From Botryllus schlosseri (taxonomy: Eukaryota), in the NCBI GenBank assembly GCA_051294905.1, contig CM119372.1:1550001-1614000 (forward strand): 64,000 bases of DNA, in the 5' to 3' direction. Under the pieces are notes generated by a model. It ran no database searches, was not told the origin of the DNA, and saw only the letters and a program-made list of their open reading frames with translations. Position numbers and translations under genes: made by a program. Position 1 is the first letter of the stretch; the number at the start of each line of letters is the position of its first letter. Of the stretch, positions 59,171 through 64,000 are shown piece by piece.

Positions 59171-61142
59171 AGATGATCGCAGCGTCGGATGGCAGCAAAG
59201 CGGTGTACCTCGAAACATCAACCGATCTGGAGGATTTCAGCACGCGAATCGACGCAATAACGATCAACGATATCATTGATATGCTCTTTTTTCGAAATAA
59301 AATCGTACACTATACAATGCTATTTCTATGAGACTGAGTAAAGTGTTAGAAGATACGAAAAGCGTAATCAACATAAAACCGCGGCAATAGTTCAACGTTG
59401 ATGAGTATTATTCGATTGTGACGTTAACGCTATTACTGATGTATTATGCTCTTTTTTCGAAATAAATGAACATTAATTTATTATTGATCCGCGAAAATAC
59501 AAAGTTCTAAATTCACATAAGAATAAGCCAGAATTCATATTCCCAAAAACTGCTCAGTACGCGTTTTCGAAGTAGTCGCATTAGTCCCAAATACACATAT
59601 TAGAATATTGGTCCTAAATACACATAATAGAATATCTAAGGAAAGTATCATCTAACGTATAATTAATGTTATTTATTTCTCGGAAGCATGGACCGGCCAT
59701 AGTCCGAGGTTACTTATATTATGAGAGTGTTTACATTCTAAATAGCCTGAGGGGCGGTCTATAACCCAGATGATAACACTACTCTTATGCGATTTATTTT
59801 ATAGGAATCGATCTTCCTCATCTTTATTTTTAGCTGATCTTTCTTTGACGTGTCCGATTGAATCATGCATGATTTCATTACTATCATTTGTACGGACCTT
59901 AAATGCGTTATTAGTCCCTTTGTGCTAGACACTGAAGCTTTCAAAACGTCTTGACAAAAGTTGCATTTGGCTTTTTAGGTAGATTTTAAAAACAAACAGT
60001 TTCGCTAAACATGAGTTTTCTCTTTGCATTGACATCTTCGAAATTCGCCATTATTCGACCTCTATTTCACCCCCACAGCACCGTCCTAGAGACTTTTCGA
60101 TACTCAATTACATTGCTACGATTCGTAGACTACGACGAAAGTGATTGTGTAGTTCATTGTTATGCCATAGCTGGCTTTAATATCAAATAATTGTGAATTG
60201 TTTTAGACAATCAGCAGAGTTTGTGACATTGCTTTATTACCAAAATAAGAGATATGGCGCTACGTAAGCCTTGGAAAATGCTCTTTACAAATCCCGGGAT
60301 TTCATTGGGAGTAATCCCGGGATCGGGATTTCCCGGGGTCCCAACGCTATCTGCGTGCCGAGGCTCATATAACTGGATTTACAGTTGGTATGGAAGCAAT
60401 GGAATATAATATAGTTTTTCTTGTTTGATTAAAATGTCCCATTCCTGATTCCGTGCTATGAATAAAGCATCACAGAATATCGAAGATCGAGATTAAGAAT
60501 AACAGGATATAGAATAGAAGCGGGGTATCTCAATCATTAATTCAAACCGATATCTCATTTCTTAATTGCGAATCGATATGCGTTTTTCCTCAATTCATAC
60601 TATACACGACTGAACTATCATACTGATCCGACATTTCCGAATCCATATTAAGTGCGAAAAGATTACGGTATGGCGCGATGAAAACATCGTAATTTCGAAA
60701 CGTAGTGCACTTGTCGAGAACTATTGTATCGTCTTTTTTCGCGACCTTCTTTTCGCCAACATACAGTTGCACCGTAGAAAATGTTGCACTGTACCACACT
60801 ATACCAATTTGCTGCGTTTAACCTTTTAGAAAGGTACCACCAATGACTGTTTAGCTCTGCATGTGTGGTGCGGTTTTGTGAAACTGAGTAGCTCACTGGC
60901 TTGTAGAAGTTCTCCGTTTAGCCTTGCTACAAACATTAACATTTGTTTGCGTAAACCGGGCTCGTGAAACAGCTCTAGGTCACTCTGAGTGATCTACAGG
61001 CCTATATATAACTGATAGTTATATGTACCCTCGAGTAATGTTTGAATATATATCGTTTGATGTTACAGCCATTTGATAGCCAAATCATTGGAACAAAATA
61101 TTCTTATACATGAACGGGAGGAAATATAGTCTATAAGTGACG

Positions 61143-63403
61143 ATGGAAAATTCATCGAAGGATACGAAAGATAGCGGTTAGTTTGTTCAATTGCAACTTT
61201 ATTGCAAAATATGCACGCGTAGTGCGGAGATGCAGGTTCGTCGTAAACAGCGCTATACCACTTTGGGAAGTTAGGGATTTTAGTCTGTATCGAATAATAA
61301 AAATATTTTAGAATTACGGAATATAATTCTATCCAGCACCATCACATGTTTCGTGACTATCTCAGATCCTAAATACTCGGGAACAGCAAACCATTATTTC
61401 TTCGACTAAATCGTAACGATAACTCTACGAACTAACCAAGAGCCACCGCAACAGAATGGTGGTTATATACCAACAAATGATTTGATAGTGACTACACTGC
61501 TGTCATCTATAGCAAGAGTTAGCAGATTTTATGCAACCGAAATAGTAAAGGGATGCGTTCATATTCCATTACAATGATAATATTGCATCATGCATTTTCG
61601 CTTTTATAAAATATTTTCTAGAATTCCAAGACAGCGACATGAAGAAAAGTAAAACTTCAGGTTGGGTGGTGGCACTAGTTGCAACTATTTCATTGGCCAG
61701 AATAAGCCACGTAAGTTTCAACATTATTGAAGTCGATAAACTTTTATATGTTCCTAATGCTTGATCAAGAATCACATTGACATTGTTCGAATTATCGGGT
61801 CAATAAGCAATGATTGTATAGTGTGAATAGTTTGACACATTATATAACCGACAGCTATAGATAATATTTACTCAATCAACTCGATGCTGAACCTGTATGC
61901 AACCGCGTAGTTGGACGAAAGTAATAACCCGACCCTTTGTATAAGTGAACCTTTATGATGGACGCTGCATTGTGTGCGGCGTTTACAAATATGTCCCAAG
62001 ATCCAGCGCTTGAATTTAATTCACAGCAGTCTAGGGCCACTAGGTAATTCTAGCTGTCTAATTACAGTGGTTCCCAGCCTTTTTCGACTCATCGCCCCTA
62101 TATACAACTTGACATATATTTATCGCCTCCCATATTTTCGGATCGGAGATAGCGGATATATGAACGGAAAATGTATACAGCTAACTCTGGCCGCTGGTAA
62201 ATTGACTAAAAAGTCACAACAATGAAAGTCAGCATTCGCGGTCATCCCTGAAAATCCCGGTATTTGAAGATGTGTCGAGTTGACCTTTTTAGTCAACTTT
62301 CGCGGCAGTTCCATAATAACACGTTTTTCGTGTGTATATTATGTCTAGGGTTGCGTTTAAAACAAAAATCAATTTAAAACAAACATGTTTAAAACAAGGC
62401 CCTAATTTAAAAGATGTTTTTTATTTGTTTTTTTTATAGTCTTGACGTCACGAATATTCAATTGTGACGTCATAGTAAAATTGACATTAACAATTGAAAA
62501 TATAGGGTAAATATAGCTCCTTTGACGAAATACCTGTACTATTAATGCCGAACCGACATTTTTGAGGGTTCCAACCATCTCATATCGATATGCGTCGCCT
62601 ATATCGGGTATAGTAATTGTCCGTAGGCTCATACAACAAGTTTTTTGGAAAGTATTTACACAATTATGGCATAATTTTACAACTTAAAAAAAAAAACAAT
62701 TTTTTGAAGGCCTTTGTTTTAAACACTGTGTAAAACCTGTTTTAAACAAAGAGTTTTAAAACACCGTTTGTTTTAAATGCAACCCTAATTATGTTGGTGT
62801 CCGGTTGCCGGTTAGTTAAATAGATCTGACTGGACGTTCTAAGATTTTCAACTCCTGTCGCTCCTTCGTAAGTTTTCGCCATCCAATTGCCCACGTTGTT
62901 ATTTTCGCCCCTGTATTTCAAAATCGCAAACTGAGGAGGGATACCGCCCACGTTTGCAACCAGTGAATTAGCTTAAATAAAGCGAAATGACGGTAATCTA
63001 ATGACTCTAATTTGTGAACGATATCTATGTTCTGATTTGAATTCTAATCTAATTCCTGCTTTTCCTGACAATTGCTATTCTCATGCACTAATATATCTGA
63101 GTTCTGGCGAATTCAGTAATCCCAATTTTAATCTAATTCGGAATAAAACTGTAGCTATAATTCTAATTCTAATCGAATTTGAAAAAGATGAAAATGGCCT
63201 ATAGTTTTCCGAATCTACCTCGCAGGGCCTCTTTATTTCAATCACGGGACCGACTCTTCTTTTTCTGGCCGAAAACACAAACTCGGACGTGACTCAAGTG
63301 TCTGCGATGTTCAGCGGAAGGTCGGTCGGGTGCTTAGTGGGTGCTGCATGTTTTAGCGCGGTAGTAAATCGCTTCACCAAGTTCCAGCCGCTTTTGAGTC
63401 TGG
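61143..63403 (+). CDS. MFSD4: MFSD4/NaGLT1-like MFS transporter, paralog D (5' part only; closest to paralog C)
   Basis: Exons: 61143-61176 (MENSSKDTKDS), 61622-61710 (GWVVALVATISLARISH) and 63226-63403 (GLFISITGPTLLFLAENTNSDVTQVSAMFSGRSVG...). Exon 3 is 178 nt, as in A, B and C. Confidence 0.85.
62027..63217. mobile_element. CTAAT-rich MITE, copy 5 (gene D intron 2, at the acceptor), split by later insertions (about 62065-62965)
   Basis: The left end CAGTCTAGGGCCACTAGGTAATTCTAGC aligns with the left end of copy 4. The element resumes at AAAGCGAAATGA (about 62979) and is flanked by ATTCACAG / CCTCGCAG. Confidence 0.7.
62346..62787. mobile_element. hAT-like MITE with GTTTAAAAC repeats
   Basis: TAGGGTTGCGTTTAAAAC...GTTTTAAATGCAACCCTA with TSD ATTATGTC/ATTATGTT. 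Confidence 0.85.
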
Positions 63404-63739
63404 GTGAGTTATTTGTGGGGGATATATCACGTAGGTAATTCCAGAGTCGCTGAAAAATGTTTTACCCCAATACAGGTGATCAGTAACGAATTCTTTCTAC
63501 TTTTTTCAAGTACCCATGGTTTTGCGTACTTACTGAAGCGGGTATTTTTTGATCACTTTTAAGTTCCTCTGGTCTCCTAGGAGCGTACGTCATATATCCT
63601 CCAATCTCCATGGTTTCTCTGCTTCTTTGTTATGACAGTGTACACACCTTCTCAGCATGCGAGGGGCTAATACTGCGATGATTTAGTCAAATAAGTTACC
63701 GTCTATACCAGGAGCCAGTAGGTAGTCATAGCTGCATGA

Positions 63740-63890
63740 CAGTATTGGGATGACTCGAGTCACCTTTTACGTATGACTTAACTTGACTCGAGTCACTTTA
63801 TAAAAATGACTTGACTTGACTTGACTCAGCGAAATGGGGATTGACTCGTGACTCGGAGCAAAATTTACGAGTCAATTTCAAGTCGTCAAG
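63740..63890. mobile_element. Left end of a DNA transposon with (GACTT/GACTC)n subterminal repeats
   Basis: CAGTATTGGGATGACTCGAGTCA...TGACTTGACTTGACTTGACTC. The other end is not in the window. Confidence 0.55.
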
Positions 63891-64000
63891 TAATCGGTGT
63901 CGACAAAAATAGCTGTATGCTTTACAAATGTTCTGATTGTTCTCGATACGCTGGTGTGAGGGCGAAAAATCTCATTCATTCAATGATTTTGTGTTTTACT

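Larger units (their letters stand above)
51674..59783. mobile_element. Non-autonomous Polinton/Maverick-like element, 8110 bp
   Basis: 532-bp TIRs (51674-52205 and 59252-59783) with no difference seen by eye. Termini are AGTAGT...ACTACT and the TSD is CTTATG (51668-51673, 59784-59789). No long ORF lies inside. Confidence 0.85.
51186..60349 (-). mobile_element. Defective hAT DNA transposon hosting the Polinton-like insert
   Basis: TIR TAGGGTTGGGAC...GTCCCAACGCTA, subterminal ATCCCGGGAT repeats and 8-bp TSD TCTGCGTG (51178-51185, 60350-60357). Transposase relics on the - strand: a BED finger (KAKCNFCQDVLKASVSSTKGLITHLRSV, about 59975-59885) and FSITFDE...RNRRYMNLN...IRIHGSM (about 51460-51335). 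Confidence 0.88.

Noticed and set aside
51674..59783. LTR retrotransposon or simple inverted segmental duplication
   Set aside because: The repeats are inverted rather than direct, and they are bounded precisely by a 6-bp TSD inside a hAT relic, which indicates an integration event.

Overview
This is AT-rich eukaryotic (animal) genomic DNA with GT-AG introns, some only 41-65 nt long. An invertebrate such as an ascidian is plausible, but the taxon cannot be established from the sequence alone. The window holds four paralogous multi-exon MFS transporter genes of the MFSD4/NaGLT1 (FucP-like) family. Gene A is on the - strand and runs off the left edge, genes B and C are on the + strand, and gene D is on the + strand and runs off the right edge. 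They share intron phases and mostly identical exon lengths (178/117/108/143/138/94/134 nt). The introns and intergenic DNA are dominated by often nested transposons. Main results: (1) A full-length, intact I/Nimb-type LINE (25985-31369) sits inside exon 11 of gene B, with a perfect 12-bp TSD and a canonical Inr + DPE(+28) internal promoter. (2) An 8.1-kb non-coding element (51674-59783) has 532-bp TIRs, AGTAGT...ACTACT ends and a 6-bp TSD, which fits a non-autonomous Polinton/Maverick. It landed in a hAT transposase relic and carries satellite DNA and tRNA-Leu relics. (3) A CTAAT-rich MITE occurs only in introns next to splice sites, and in genes C and D its TSD is the splice acceptor itself. 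(4) A four-level transposon nest fills gene C intron 4. All exon models and boundaries were read by eye and are unvalidated.
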